A stretch of DNA of 64,000 nucleotides from an uncultured Chloroflexia bacterium. GTDB lineage: Bacteria > Chloroflexota > Limnocylindria > Limnocylindrales > CSP1-4. Location of the stretch: positions 107,132-171,131 of the forward strand of contig CAVTMH010000002.1 of NCBI GenBank assembly GCA_963735785.1, given 5' to 3'. Under the pieces are notes generated by a model. It was not told where the DNA came from, searched no databases, and saw only the letters and a list, made by a program, of their open reading frames with translations. Each line of letters opens with the position of its first letter. Within the stretch, counting starts at the first letter, position 1. This document shows positions 18,748 to 28,635 of this stretch, one piece after another. The position numbers and the translations under genes were made by a program.

Positions 18748-19655
18748 GCGAAAGACTCCAGCGACTCGTCGAGGGGCGCGTCCGGGGCGTCGGGCGTCGG
18801 GGCGAGGCCGGCCGCGGCACGCTCCTCGGGCGTCGTCACCCGCGCGACGATGGGTCCCCAAGGCTCGGCTTGGTCCACGACGATCTCGCGCCGCTTCATC
18901 AGCTCGAGCATCGCGAGGAACGTGACAGCGATGACCACGCGGTCGCGAACACCGGCAAGCAGGTCCTGGAGCACCACGGTGGGCGCACTGCGAAGTGCCG
19001 CCCGGATGATCGCGGCCCGTTCCGTGAGCGTGATCGTGCGCTCCATGGCTTCGGGCGGTGGGATCGGGGGCACCGTGATCGCGGCCAGGTGCGAGACCGC
19101 ATCGACGAGTCGCATCGGATCGGTCGGCGGCGCATCCGCCGGGCGGGCTCCGGCGAGGCCGGCGGCGTGGGCGGCCCCCGGTTCCCGGCGGAAGAGGCCG
19201 ATGCGCACCAGGGCGGCCTCGGCAAGCCGCTGTCCCGCGTCGCGATAGGCGCGATACAGCAGCAGCCGGGCTCGCAGCTCGGCCTCGGGATCGGGGCCCT
19301 CGTCGGCCAGCGCGGTGGGGTCGGACGCTGGCTGCCGCGGGAGCATCGCCCGACTCTTGATGAGGATCAGTTGCGAGGCCACCGCGACGAACGTGCTGAC
19401 GTTGCCGAGCCGGTCCGATTCGAGCTTCGCCAACGCGTCGAGGTAGGCGTCGGCGAGGCCACCGAGCGGGACCGTCAGCACGTCGAGCTGGCGCGCCTCG
19501 ATCAGCGACAGCAGCAGGGCGAGCGGCCCATCGAACTCCCCGAGCTGGACCTGCGTCGCGTTCTCCGGCCGGCGTCCATCGCCGAAGCTGACGGCTGGCG
19601 CCGGTGGCGTCGTCGGGGCCATGACCGGGACACCGGGCGCGCCGGTCCCGGTCAT
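18744..19655 (-). CDS. scpA: Segregation and condensation protein A
   Basis: ScpA N-terminus (..FDGPLALLLSLIEARQLDVLTVPLGGLADAYL..) and typical length. Confidence 0.85.
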   Translation of the reverse strand: MTGTGAPGVPVMAPTTPPAPAVSFGDGRRPENATQVQLGEFDGPLALLLSLIEARQLDVLTVPLGGLADAYLDALAKLESDRLGNVSTFVAVASQLILIKSRAMLPRQPASDPTALADEGPDPEAELRARLLLYRAYRDAGQRLAEAALVRIGLFRREPGAAHAAGLAGARPADAPPTDPMRLVDAVSHLAAITVPPIPPPEAMERTITLTERAAIIRAALRSAPTVVLQDLLAGVRDRVVIAVTFLAMLELMKRREIVVDQAEPWGPIVARVTTPEERAAAGLAPTPDAPDAPLDESLESFA

Positions 19656-20155
19656 CAGTTGGCCTCGTCGGCGAGCTTGAGGAGCCTGCCCGCATCAGGG
19701 TCGACGGGAGCATCCTGGTGGCGGATCAGGTCGGCGGTCCGCGGCGTGCAACCGGCTGCGAGCGCGAGCGCCGCTGAGGTCTCGGCGTGATGCTCCAGCC
19801 GCTCCAGCGCCGCGCGCATCCCGGGAACGAGGCGTGCGACCCGCCAGACCCAGGTGCCGAACGCCTGCCCCAGGGCATATCCGACGCGCGGCCACACCCC
19901 GGTCTGCCCCTTGCCCGCGTCGTGCAGGAGCCCTGCCAGGAGGACCTCCGGATCCGTCATCCCGCCGGCGCGAAGGGTGGCCACGACGTCGAGCCCGTGG
20001 CGCCGGTCGGCGACGTGCATCGCGTCGAACAGCGCGAGTTGCGGTGCGCCGAGCCACGCATCCAGCCCCGAGCGCTCCGCAGGACTCACCGAAGCCCGCA
20101 GGTGCGCCCGGAACTGGCGGACCCTATATGCCCACCAGGAGGCTGAAGAACGCAT
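19655..20155 (-). CDS. HD-domain phosphohydrolase (small)
   Basis: H...HD motif (MHVADRRHG...LLHDAGK). The start overlaps the upstream M50 gene by 32 nt, so the exact start is uncertain. Confidence 0.55.
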   Translation of the reverse strand: MRSSASWWAYRVRQFRAHLRASVSPAERSGLDAWLGAPQLALFDAMHVADRRHGLDVVATLRAGGMTDPEVLLAGLLHDAGKGQTGVWPRVGYALGQAFGTWVWRVARLVPGMRAALERLEHHAETSAALALAAGCTPRTADLIRHQDAPVDPDAGRLLKLADEAN

Positions 20156-20777
20156 CGATGATCGGGATGAAGATGCGGCCGCCGATCGAATTGCCCGGCG
20201 GCAGGAAGAACAGCAGCAGGAGAAGGATGAACCCGTACTGCTCCAGGACGGGTCGCCACTGCCACGACAGCCGGGGCGGCAGGAAGGCGAACAGCACCTT
20301 CGATCCGTCGAGCGGCGGGATGGGCAGCAGATTGAAGATCATCAGGACGAGGTTGATGAACACGAACAGGTACAGGATCTGGATGATCATTGACGGCACC
20401 TGCTCGGCGAGCCCCGGGGTCGCCAGGAGGAACCGCAAGGGCAGGGCTGCGGCGGCCGCGAGCACGAGATTGGACAGCGGCCCGGCCGCCGCCACTAACG
20501 CCTCGCCTTGCCGCCCTCCCGCCAGGTTGGCCGGATTGACCGGTGTCGGCTTCGCCCAGCCAAAACCGAACCCGGCACCGATGAAGCTGACCGCGAGCAG
20601 GATCCCCCCGAGCGGGTCGAAGTGGGCGATCGGGTTGAGCGTCAACCGGCCGAACTGCTTGGCCGTGCTGTCACCCAGCCGATACGCCGCCAACGCGTGG
20701 GCGAATTCGTGGACCGGGAACCCGACGAGCAGCATGATCGCGACGACGATGACGGCGGGCAGGATGTTGTCGGACAC
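20124..20777 (-). CDS. Site-2 protease family (M50, SpoIVFB-like) membrane metallopeptidase
   Basis: HEFAHA zinc motif in TM1 and LLPIPPLDGSK motif; 217 aa, polytopic. Confidence 0.75.
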   Translation of the reverse strand: MSDNILPAVIVVAIMLLVGFPVHEFAHALAAYRLGDSTAKQFGRLTLNPIAHFDPLGGILLAVSFIGAGFGFGWAKPTPVNPANLAGGRQGEALVAAAGPLSNLVLAAAAALPLRFLLATPGLAEQVPSMIIQILYLFVFINLVLMIFNLLPIPPLDGSKVLFAFLPPRLSWQWRPVLEQYGFILLLLLFFLPPGNSIGGRIFIPIIDAFFSLLVGI

Positions 20778-20852
20778 AGGGTCCTTTCGATACGGGTGCG
20801 CCTATCGTAGCGGCGCGCGGCCGGGCGAGCGGGAGCCGGGGCCGGGGCAGGC

Positions 20853-21608
20853 TTAGAGCCGGCTGAGCAGGTCCGCCTTCTTGCGCTCGAATTCCTCGGG
20901 GCTGATCGCGCCCCGGTCGCGCAGGTCGGCCAGGCTCGACAGTGTGCGGGTCAGCTCTTCCGAGCTCAATGCCGCAGCCGGCGGGCGGCCGGGCGTGCCG
21001 GTCGTGACGGTGTCGTCGCCGACACCGCCGGACAAGGGTGGGGCGGCGATCGGTCGCGGCGCACTCGGTTCCGTGCGCAGCGGGGGGCTGGGTGCGAAGC
21101 CCGTGCCGGCGACGTCGCGCTCGTACTCGTGCTTGGCGTCGAGCATCGCCTTCTTGAAGCCGATGGGGTTCCGGATCATCTGGAACCGGTCGACCCCGGT
21201 ATCGGCAGCGGTGAGGATCTCCAGGTCGCCGAAGCCGAAGATCCGCCCGAAGACCGATTGCGACAGGCGAGCGTCGTTGATCTTCTCGAGTGAGCTGTCC
21301 ATCGATGTCTTGTTCAGCACCCCGGACACCTGGATGACCCGCCGGTTCGTCAGGACGTACTCCTGCGTGATGTACCGCAGGATGTGCCAGCCCAGGACCG
21401 CGAGTCCGCCGATGACCAGGGCCGCGACGGCGATGCCGACGATGGTGCGCTGGTCCGGGGCGACGTTCTGGCTCAAGACGAACAGGACGAGGCCGATGAT
21501 GATCGCCCCGACGGCGATCTTCGCGCCCCACACGAACACGAACCAGTGCTGCTTCTCACGATGCACGACACGCTCTCCCGTCGAGAGCAATCCGTCGGCG
21601 TAGCCCAT
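20853..21608 (-). CDS. Membrane protein with bacterial PH domain (bPH_2/YdbT-like) and C-terminal SHOCT domain
   Basis: Two TM helices followed by a PH-like region (VLTNRRVIQVSGVLNKTSMDSSLEKINDA..). C-terminal LSSLADLRDRGAISPEEFERKKADLLSRL is SHOCT-like. Confidence 0.65.
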   Translation of the reverse strand: MGYADGLLSTGERVVHREKQHWFVFVWGAKIAVGAIIIGLVLFVLSQNVAPDQRTIVGIAVAALVIGGLAVLGWHILRYITQEYVLTNRRVIQVSGVLNKTSMDSSLEKINDARLSQSVFGRIFGFGDLEILTAADTGVDRFQMIRNPIGFKKAMLDAKHEYERDVAGTGFAPSPPLRTEPSAPRPIAAPPLSGGVGDDTVTTGTPGRPPAAALSSEELTRTLSSLADLRDRGAISPEEFERKKADLLSRL

Positions 21609-21629
21609 GGATGCGTGTCCCTTCTGCGC

Positions 21630-22547
21630 TCAGGCCCGCGGATGGGCCCGACGATAGACGTCCCGGATCCGCTCCCCGGTCAGATGCGTGTACAGCTGGG
21701 TCGTGGAGATACTCGCATGACCGAGCAACTCCTGGACGACCCGCAGGTCGGCGCCACCCTCGAGCAGGTGCGTCGCGAACGAGTGCCGGAGCGTGTGCGG
21801 GCTGACCCGACCCTGCAGGCCGCTGCGGCGCGCGGCACCGGTCACGACGGCCCACGCGGTCTGACGGGCCAGACGACCACCCCGATCGCCCAGGAACAGC
21901 GGCCCACCGCGGATCGGCTCGACATGGCTACGCTCGAGGAGGCCGGCGCGAGGGCCCTCGAGCCAGTCCACGAGCCGATCGAGGGCCACCTCGCCGATCG
22001 GGACCAGTCGCTCCTTGTCGCCCTTGCCGATGACCCGGACGAACGCCCCGTCGAGCGAGAGATCCTCACGGTCGAGCCCGATCGCCTCGCTGACCCGCAA
22101 GCCGGCGGCATAGAGCAGCTCGAGCAGCGCCCGATCGCGGATCCCACGCTCCGACGCAGCCTCCAGCAGGCGTTCCACCTCGCCGACATCGAGCGTGTCC
22201 GGCAGGCGCCGACTCTGGCGGGGTAGGTCGAGGTGCGCCGCGACGTCGACATCGATGAAACCCTCACCGAAGGCGAATTGGTAGAAGCCCTTGAGTGCGG
22301 CCGCGCGCCGGCGCAGGCTCGTCGGGGCCAGGCCGGTCTCGCCGCGACGACCACGCTGCGTCCGGTCGGCGAGATAGCGCACGGCCGGGTCGGGGGACCG
22401 GGCCCACGCGCCGTCATCGCCGAGGGACCTCGCGAAGTCCCGCAGATCGCCGCGGTACGCCCGAAGGGTCGCCGGTGCCAACCCGCGTTCCACGTTCAGG
22501 TGGGCCAGGTAGTCCTCGACGGTCCGTTCGAGTGAAACGGCGGTCAC
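21630..22547 (-). CDS. xerD: Tyrosine site-specific recombinase XerD (or XerC)
   Basis: Catalytic R..HxxR..Y residues (RVSEAIGL, HTLRHSFATHLL, LLGHASISTTQLYTHL). GTG 22547 overlaps the recN TGA (GTGA). Confidence 0.85.
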   Translation of the reverse strand: MTAVSLERTVEDYLAHLNVERGLAPATLRAYRGDLRDFARSLGDDGAWARSPDPAVRYLADRTQRGRRGETGLAPTSLRRRAAALKGFYQFAFGEGFIDVDVAAHLDLPRQSRRLPDTLDVGEVERLLEAASERGIRDRALLELLYAAGLRVSEAIGLDREDLSLDGAFVRVIGKGDKERLVPIGEVALDRLVDWLEGPRAGLLERSHVEPIRGGPLFLGDRGGRLARQTAWAVVTGAARRSGLQGRVSPHTLRHSFATHLLEGGADLRVVQELLGHASISTTQLYTHLTGERIRDVYRRAHPRA

Positions 22548-24283
22548 GCGGACTGGTCGGCCCCGGCCGAGCCGACGGCCGCTCCCCCGTCCCGCCAGGA
22601 CTCGGCCCGATCCAGCAGTTCCCGTGCGGAGGCGAGCGAGGCCGGATCGCCCGGGCCGCCGCCGAGCATGGCCGCGAGCTCGACGATGCGGCCCTCGCGG
22701 TCGAGGCGTTCGACCTCGGTGACCGTGCGACCGTCGCGCTCTCGCTTCGCGATGCGGTAATGCGCGTCGGCGTGCGCCGCGATCTGGGGCAGGTGCGTGA
22801 CGCACAGGACCTGGTGCCGGCGAGCCAGGCCCCAGAGGCTCCGGCCGACCGGGTCGGCACTCCGGCCGCCGATCCCGCTGTCGACCTCATCGAACACCAG
22901 CGTGGGCGTCTCGTCCGCCTCGGCGAGGACCCGCTTGATGGCAAGCGCGACCCGGGACAGCTCGCCGCCGGATGCGATCCTCGCCAGCGGCCGTGCCGGC
23001 TCCCCGGGGTTGGGCGCGAGCCGGTAGACGACCTGGTCGATCCCGGCCGCATCGAACGCGACGGCGTCGCCGTCGATCTCGACTGCCGCCTCGCCTGCCC
23101 CGGCCGCCCGGGCACCGACCGCCACCTCGAAGACGCCCACCGGGAAGCCGAGCTCTTCCAGGATGGAGCCGACGGCCGTCGCCAGGGCCATCCCAGCGGA
23201 ACGGCGAGCGGTGGACAGGGCGGCTGCCGCGGTCGCGACCTCGGCCAGCCGCTCGGCATCCTCGCGCTGGCGCCTGGCACGCTCCTCGTCCAGGCCGCGG
23301 AGGCGCTCCGCTTCGACCGATGCCCGCTCGCCATGGGCGATGACCGCGGCCTCGTCGTCGCCATACCGGCGGATGAGCCCGTGGATGACCCCGAGCCGGG
23401 CATCGAGCTCGGCGACCGCGCGTGGGTCGTGGTCCACGCTCTCCGACAGGCGACGAGTCTCATCGGCGACGTCGGCCAGCTCCGCCTCCAGCCCGGCCAG
23501 CCGATCGGCCAGTGGCTCGAAGCGTGGGTCGAGCCGCGCCAGCCCGCGCGCCTCCTGGAGCGCGACGGCGACCGTGTCCCGGGCACCGGCACCCTCCTGG
23601 GTCAGCGCCTCGCGCAACGACGCCGCTCCCCGGGCGATCGCCTCGCCATGCTGGGCCGCGGTCAGTCGAGCGCGGATCTCGTCGGCCTCGCCGGCGCGCA
23701 GCCGGGCCGCGGCGATCTCTGACGCTTCGTGCTCGAGCAGGTCGAGCCGACGGGCGACGTCGCGCGGATCCAGCGCGGCGGCGTCGAGCGCCGCCCGGTT
23801 CTCACGCCAGCGTTCGACCGCACCGGTCATCGCCGCCCGGAGCGGGCCGTGGCCACCGTAGCCGTCGAGCAGGTCGCGCTGCCAACGCTCGTCAAGGAGC
23901 CGCCCCTGGTCGTTCTGCCCGTGGACCTCGACCAGGGCGCCGACCTCCTGGGTGAGGCGTGCCGCGGTCACGGTCGCGTCGTCGAGCCGGGCCGTCGAGC
24001 GTCCACTGCCCGCGACCTCGCGGACCGCGATCAACGGCTCCGGGATCCGATCGAACAGCGCTTCCACGCGCGCAGCCTCGGCGCCGTGCCGCACCAGACC
24101 CGTGTCCGCGCGGGCCCCCAGCGCTAGCCCGAGCGCATCGATCAGCAGGCTCTTGCCCGCTCCCGTCTCGCCCGTGATCACGTTGAGCCCGGCATCGAAC
24201 CCGAGGCGCAGACGATCGATGAGCGCGAGGTCGGTGACCGTCAGCTCGAGGAGGCGGCCGGGCGCTGCCGCGGTCTCGCTCAC
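22544..24283 (-). CDS. recN: DNA repair protein RecN
   Basis: N-terminal Walker A (GETGAGKSL), long coiled-coil, C-terminal ABC signature/Walker B (LVFDEVDSGIGG). Confidence 0.9.
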   Translation of the reverse strand: MSETAAAPGRLLELTVTDLALIDRLRLGFDAGLNVITGETGAGKSLLIDALGLALGARADTGLVRHGAEAARVEALFDRIPEPLIAVREVAGSGRSTARLDDATVTAARLTQEVGALVEVHGQNDQGRLLDERWQRDLLDGYGGHGPLRAAMTGAVERWRENRAALDAAALDPRDVARRLDLLEHEASEIAAARLRAGEADEIRARLTAAQHGEAIARGAASLREALTQEGAGARDTVAVALQEARGLARLDPRFEPLADRLAGLEAELADVADETRRLSESVDHDPRAVAELDARLGVIHGLIRRYGDDEAAVIAHGERASVEAERLRGLDEERARRQREDAERLAEVATAAAALSTARRSAGMALATAVGSILEELGFPVGVFEVAVGARAAGAGEAAVEIDGDAVAFDAAGIDQVVYRLAPNPGEPARPLARIASGGELSRVALAIKRVLAEADETPTLVFDEVDSGIGGRSADPVGRSLWGLARRHQVLCVTHLPQIAAHADAHYRIAKRERDGRTVTEVERLDREGRIVELAAMLGGGPGDPASLASARELLDRAESWRDGGAAVGSAGADQSA

Positions 24284-25134
24284 GACGGCAGCAGCTCGAC
24301 CTTGTGGCGCAGGAGGTCCCAGAACGACAGGGCGCCGCGTGGGTGGAGCAGGCGGATGGGCCGTTCCATGGCGCGCACCTCGACGACATCGCCGACGGCG
24401 ATCGGCAGGTCCTCACGACCATCGACCGAGACGAGGGCCTCGTGGGCGTCCACCACCCGGCAGCGGACGACCTGCTCGGGGCTGACCACGACGGAGCGGA
24501 AGGCCGACAGGTACGCGGCGATCGGGGTCACGATCAGGTTGCGACCGACGGGATCGAGGATGGGGCCACCGGCCGAGAAGGAGTAGCCCGTGGAGCCCGT
24601 CGGGCTCGCGACGATGAGACCGTCGGCGATGAATGTCGCGAGGTGCGTGTCGTCGATCGAGACGTCGAGCCGGCAGACCCGCGCAAGGGCGCCGCGGGCG
24701 ACGACGATGTCATTCAGCGCCACGTGGTGGTCCGCCTCGCCTCCCCCACCGCCGCCGGCAGCGCGGAGGATGCGGCCCTCGATGACCATGCGCTCGTCGA
24801 ACGTGAACTCACCCGCTACGATCCGCTCGAGCACCGTCTCGAGATCGCTGGCCTCCGCCTTCGAGAGGAAGCCGACCTTGCCGAGGTTGATCCCGAGGAT
24901 CGGGACGTCGACCTCGGCGACGACGCGGGCAGCGCGGAGGAAGGTCCCGTCGCCACCGAGCACGATCAGGGCGTCGGTCGTGGGCAGCTCGTTGCGCAAC
25001 CGGTCCATGTCCCCGGCCGCCGATCGCCATTCGCCGATGCCGCGCATCTGGCACCAGCCCGTGGCGCGCGCCGCGAGCTCCACGGTGGCCTCCTGCGTCG
25101 GGTTGTAGGCGAACCCGATGCGACGAATGGTCAT
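24280..25134 (-). CDS. nadK: NAD kinase
   Basis: GGDGT motif and NE/D and DGxxxTxxGSTAYSxSAGG motifs. ATGA overlaps at both ends. Confidence 0.9.
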   Translation of the reverse strand: MTIRRIGFAYNPTQEATVELAARATGWCQMRGIGEWRSAAGDMDRLRNELPTTDALIVLGGDGTFLRAARVVAEVDVPILGINLGKVGFLSKAEASDLETVLERIVAGEFTFDERMVIEGRILRAAGGGGGGEADHHVALNDIVVARGALARVCRLDVSIDDTHLATFIADGLIVASPTGSTGYSFSAGGPILDPVGRNLIVTPIAAYLSAFRSVVVSPEQVVRCRVVDAHEALVSVDGREDLPIAVGDVVEVRAMERPIRLLHPRGALSFWDLLRHKVELLPS

Positions 25135-25910
25135 ACGGCCGTGACCTCGGCGATCCGCTCGCCGATCTCCGCGCAGCCCGGGCCGGGTGCGAGATGAAGG
25201 AGGAACTCGCGGTTGCCCTCGGGTCCGATGATGGGCGACGCGACGACCGTACGCGTGCCGAGACCCCGTTCCGCGGCAACGGCGACGACGCGCTCGAGGA
25301 CCTCGCGGTGGATCGCCGGGTCACGCACGACCCCGCGGTCGGTCCGGCCCTTGCCTGCCTCGAATTGCGGCTTCACGAGGGCGATGATCGGAGCGCCCGG
25401 CGCCAGCGTGCTCGCGACCGGCCCGAGCACCTTGTCGAGCGAGATGAACGACACGTCGATGACCGCGAGGTCGATCGGATCCGGCAGGCTCGTGGCCGTC
25501 AGAGTGCGCGCGTTCGTCCGCTCCATCGATGTCACCCGCTCGTCGCGGCGGAGCGCGTCGGCGAGCTGGCCCCGCCCGACATCGAGCGCGTAGACGTGTC
25601 GAGCACCGCGCTGCAGCAGCACGTCCGTGAAGCCACCCGTCGATGCGCCGACGTCGAGGGCGGTCAACCCGGTCGGATCGACACCGAACGCATCGAGGGC
25701 GGCCGCGAGCTTGTGGCCGCCGCGGCTGACGAACGGATCGGGGCGGGCCAAGCGGATCGCGGTCGCCGGGTCGAGGGCGTCGCCCGGCTTGTGATCCAGG
25801 CGCGCACCGTCACCCTCCCCGACCCGGACCTTGCCCGCGAGCACGAGCGCCTGCGCCCGGCTGCGCGTCTCCGCAAGACCGCGCTCCACGAGGAGCTGGT
25901 CGAGGCGCAC
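25131..25910 (-). CDS. tlyA: TlyA family rRNA (cytidine-2'-O)-methyltransferase (hemolysin A-like)
   Basis: S4 domain ([30 protein letters not shown]) plus FtsJ-like SAM-binding motif ([15 protein letters not shown]). GTG 25910 was chosen over the ATG at 25976. Confidence 0.8.
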   Translation of the reverse strand: MRLDQLLVERGLAETRSRAQALVLAGKVRVGEGDGARLDHKPGDALDPATAIRLARPDPFVSRGGHKLAAALDAFGVDPTGLTALDVGASTGGFTDVLLQRGARHVYALDVGRGQLADALRRDERVTSMERTNARTLTATSLPDPIDLAVIDVSFISLDKVLGPVASTLAPGAPIIALVKPQFEAGKGRTDRGVVRDPAIHREVLERVVAVAAERGLGTRTVVASPIIGPEGNREFLLHLAPGPGCAEIGERIAEVTAV

Positions 25911-26018
25911 GCGCCGCAGCCGGGACGTGGCGCTGGCGGTCGGATCCGGGGTCACGCCCGTATCGTGGCACAGCACGCTCTCCCGCGACTCACCGTGAGG
26001 CCCGGCGGACGGGAACGG

Positions 26019-28071
26019 TCAGCTCGTGGCGACCTCGGAGCCGGAACGGCCGGGCGTTGCCTGCGTGGCCGCGATCGCCTCGCGGACCTGTTCGGCGAGG
26101 CCCGGCGCATCCAGGCGGAGGACACGCCGGAGGTCCGCCACGGACCCGTGATCCACGAACCGGTCCCCGGGGATGCCGACCAGCCGCAACCGGACGTCGC
26201 GGTACGACGGATCCGTCATTCGGGCCTCCTCGAACAGCTCGAGCACCGCGCTCCCGAACCCACCGGTCACGACGCTCTCCTCGAACGTCACGACGAGGCG
26301 TTTCCCACGGGCCGCATCCAGGATGAGCTGACGGTCGAGGGGCTTCGCGAACCTGGCGTTGATGACGCCGACCGACCAGCCCTCGGACTCGAGCGCGGAC
26401 GCCGCCTCGAGAGCCCGGGCCACGATCGGGCCGAACCCGACGAACAGGAGGTCGCGCCCCTCGCGCAGCGTCTCGGCCTGCCCGACCCCGAGCACCGCCG
26501 GTTCGACCGGGGCCAGGCCGAACCCCGCGTCCCGCGGGTAATGGAGCGCGAACGGCCGATCCTGGGCCAGCGCCGTTCGCAGCAGCGACCGCAGCTCCTG
26601 CTCGTCCTTCGGCGACGCGATCACGAGGTTCGGAAGCTGGCGCTGGGCCGGGAGCATGAACATGCCCTGGTGGCTGGTGCCGTCCTCACCCACGAGCCCG
26701 GACCGGTCGACGGCGATGAGCACTGGCTGGTCGTTCTGGCAGACGTCATGGACGGTCTGGTCGAATGCGCGCTGGAGGAACGTGGAGTAGAGCGCGACGA
26801 CCGGGCGCATGCCGCCCATCGCGAGGCCCGTGGCCAGGGTGACCGCGTGCTGCTCCGCGATCCCGACGTCGAATACCCGGTCCGGGAAGACCTCGGCGAA
26901 CTTCGACATCCCGGTCCCAGTCGGCATCCCCGCCGTGATCCCGACGATGCGCCGGTCGTCCCTGGCCGCTTCGATGAGCTCCGCCGCGAAGACCGCCGTG
27001 TAGTTCGGGTGCTTCCTGGGTGCAGCGGGCTCGCGCGTCGGCGCGGCCGCGTCGTCGGCCATGGTCTCGGTCGGCATGGCGACGGGCGCAGCCAGCCCGG
27101 CCGCATCAGCGGCCCGCCCAGCTTTCTTGCCGTCGTACGCGTCGGTCTTCGGCGTGAGCGAGATCGGCGGCAGCGCCGCCCCGTGGAAGCCGACCTGATC
27201 TTCGATCGCCGGCCGGAAGCCGCGGCCTTTCTGGGTCCGGACATGGACGATGGTCGGTCCAGGCAGCGCGAGCGCGGCGCCGAGTGTCTCGATGAGGGCG
27301 CGGAGGTCGTGCCCGGGCACGACGCCGATATATGTGATGCCGAGGTCCTCGAACAGCTGACCGGGCTGGGCGAAGCGAACGACCGAGGCACGGAGCCGCT
27401 TCGACAATTCGAGGATGTGGGGACCGAGGACCGGCACACGCTCGACGGTCCGGTCGTAGGCGCTCTTGCTCTGCCGCCAGGCGCTCGAGAGCTTGATCTG
27501 CGAGAGGTACTTCGAGAAGGCGCCGACGGTCGGGCTGATCGACATCTCGTTGTCGTTGACGACGATGAGCATCTGGGTCTTGCGCTGGCCGATGTCGTTC
27601 AGGGCCTCGAGCGACAGCCCGCTCATCAACGCGGCGTCGCCCACGACGACCGCCACCCGCTCCATCCCGTGGCGCAGGTCACGGGCCTCCGCCAGGCCTT
27701 CGGCGATCGACAGGCCGGTCCCGGCGTGACCGCCATCGAACACATCGTGCGGCGACTCGCTGCGTCGCGGGAAGCCGCCGACACCGTCGAGTGAACGCAG
27801 CGTGCCGAACCGGTCCAGGCGGCCCGTGAGGAGCTTGTGCGGGTAGGCCTGGTGGCCCGTATCCCACACGATGTTATCGCGTGGCGACTCCAGCAAGCGA
27901 TGCAGCGCGATGGTCAGCTCGACGACGCCGAGCGACGAACCGAGGTGGCCGCCCGTCTCGGCGACCGTTCGGATGATCGTGTCGCGGATGTCGGCCGCAA
28001 GCTGCGTCGAGCTGCGCCTCGGACAGGCCCCGCAGATCGGCGGGCCCCTGGAGATCGGAGAGGATGGACAA
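26019..28071 (-). pseudogene. dxs: 1-deoxy-D-xylulose-5-phosphate synthase (dxs) with an apparent +1 frameshift near 28005
   Basis: N-terminal 22 codons (TTG 28071; ..SILSDLQGPADLRGLSEAQLDA) are in one frame. The remainder (QLAADIRDTIIRTVAETGGHLGSSLGVVELTIALH... to the stop at 26019) is in the +1 frame. Both halves are Dxs-like. A single extra G at ~28005 explains the shift. Confidence 0.8.
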
Positions 28072-28217
28072 GGCGGGGGATGCTCCTGTGCACTAACCGC
28101 GGGAGTCTACCGCGGGGCCCGCGGATCGACCGACGGCGGGCGACTCGGATGATAGTTGATACCTCGGCGGAGCAGGTTTCGCCCGCCGCGCCGTGGACGC
28201 GTTGGATCTACGACGGT

Positions 28218-28511
28218 TCAGCCTTCGTCGACGGTGCGCTCCGCGTCGACCTCGACCGTCTCGAGCCCGCCGCCGCTCGCCGTTGGTCGGGCCACGAGCT
28301 GGCGCATCCGCAGCTCCGCGCTGCGCAGGAGCGTCTCGCAGCGCTCGAGGAGGGCCGCGCCACGCTCGTGGAGCGCGAGCGTGCGTTCGAGCGGGAGGCC
28401 CCCGGTCTCGAGCTCCGCGATCGTGCGCTGGAGCTCGGCCAGGGCGTCATCGAACGTCAGGTCCGCGATCGGGGCGGCGGATTCAGTCGGTTCCGTCACC
28501 GGCGTCCTCAT
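28218..28511 (-). CDS. xseB: Exodeoxyribonuclease VII small subunit
   Basis: 97 aa. XseB coiled-coil pattern (FDDALAELQRTIAELETGGLPLERTLALHERGAALLERCETLL). AAGGA RBS before the ATG. Confidence 0.85.
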   Translation of the reverse strand: MRTPVTEPTESAAPIADLTFDDALAELQRTIAELETGGLPLERTLALHERGAALLERCETLLRSAELRMRQLVARPTASGGGLETVEVDAERTVDEG

Positions 28512-28635
28512 CCTTGGGCTCGGCGACCCGGTCGCTCAGGCGTCCGAGTCGCGGCGCGACCAGCATACCGACCACGATCCCGACGATGGCCACGACCGTC
28601 ACCATCCCGACGAACACGAGCAGGTCGCCGATCAA
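28483..28635 (-). CDS. Possible 50-aa single-TM peptide encoded in the xseA-xseB spacer
   Basis: TTG at 28635 overlaps the xseA TGA (TTGA). Product LIGDLLVFVGMVTVVAIVGIVVGMLVAPRLGRLSDRVAEPKDEDAGDGTD. GC3 ~82%. The 3' end overlaps the xseB start by 29 nt in another frame. Confidence 0.25.
   Translation of the reverse strand: MIGDLLVFVGMVTVVAIVGIVVGMLVAPRLGRLSDRVAEPKDEDAGDGTD

Noticed and set aside
21630-22547. xerD (and partial xerC at 63851..64000) as possible phage or integrative-element integrases
   Set aside because: Both have Xer-type catalytic C-termini, are nearly identical to each other in that region, and are embedded in conserved housekeeping synteny with start-stop coupling. No flanking phage genes or att-like repeats were seen.
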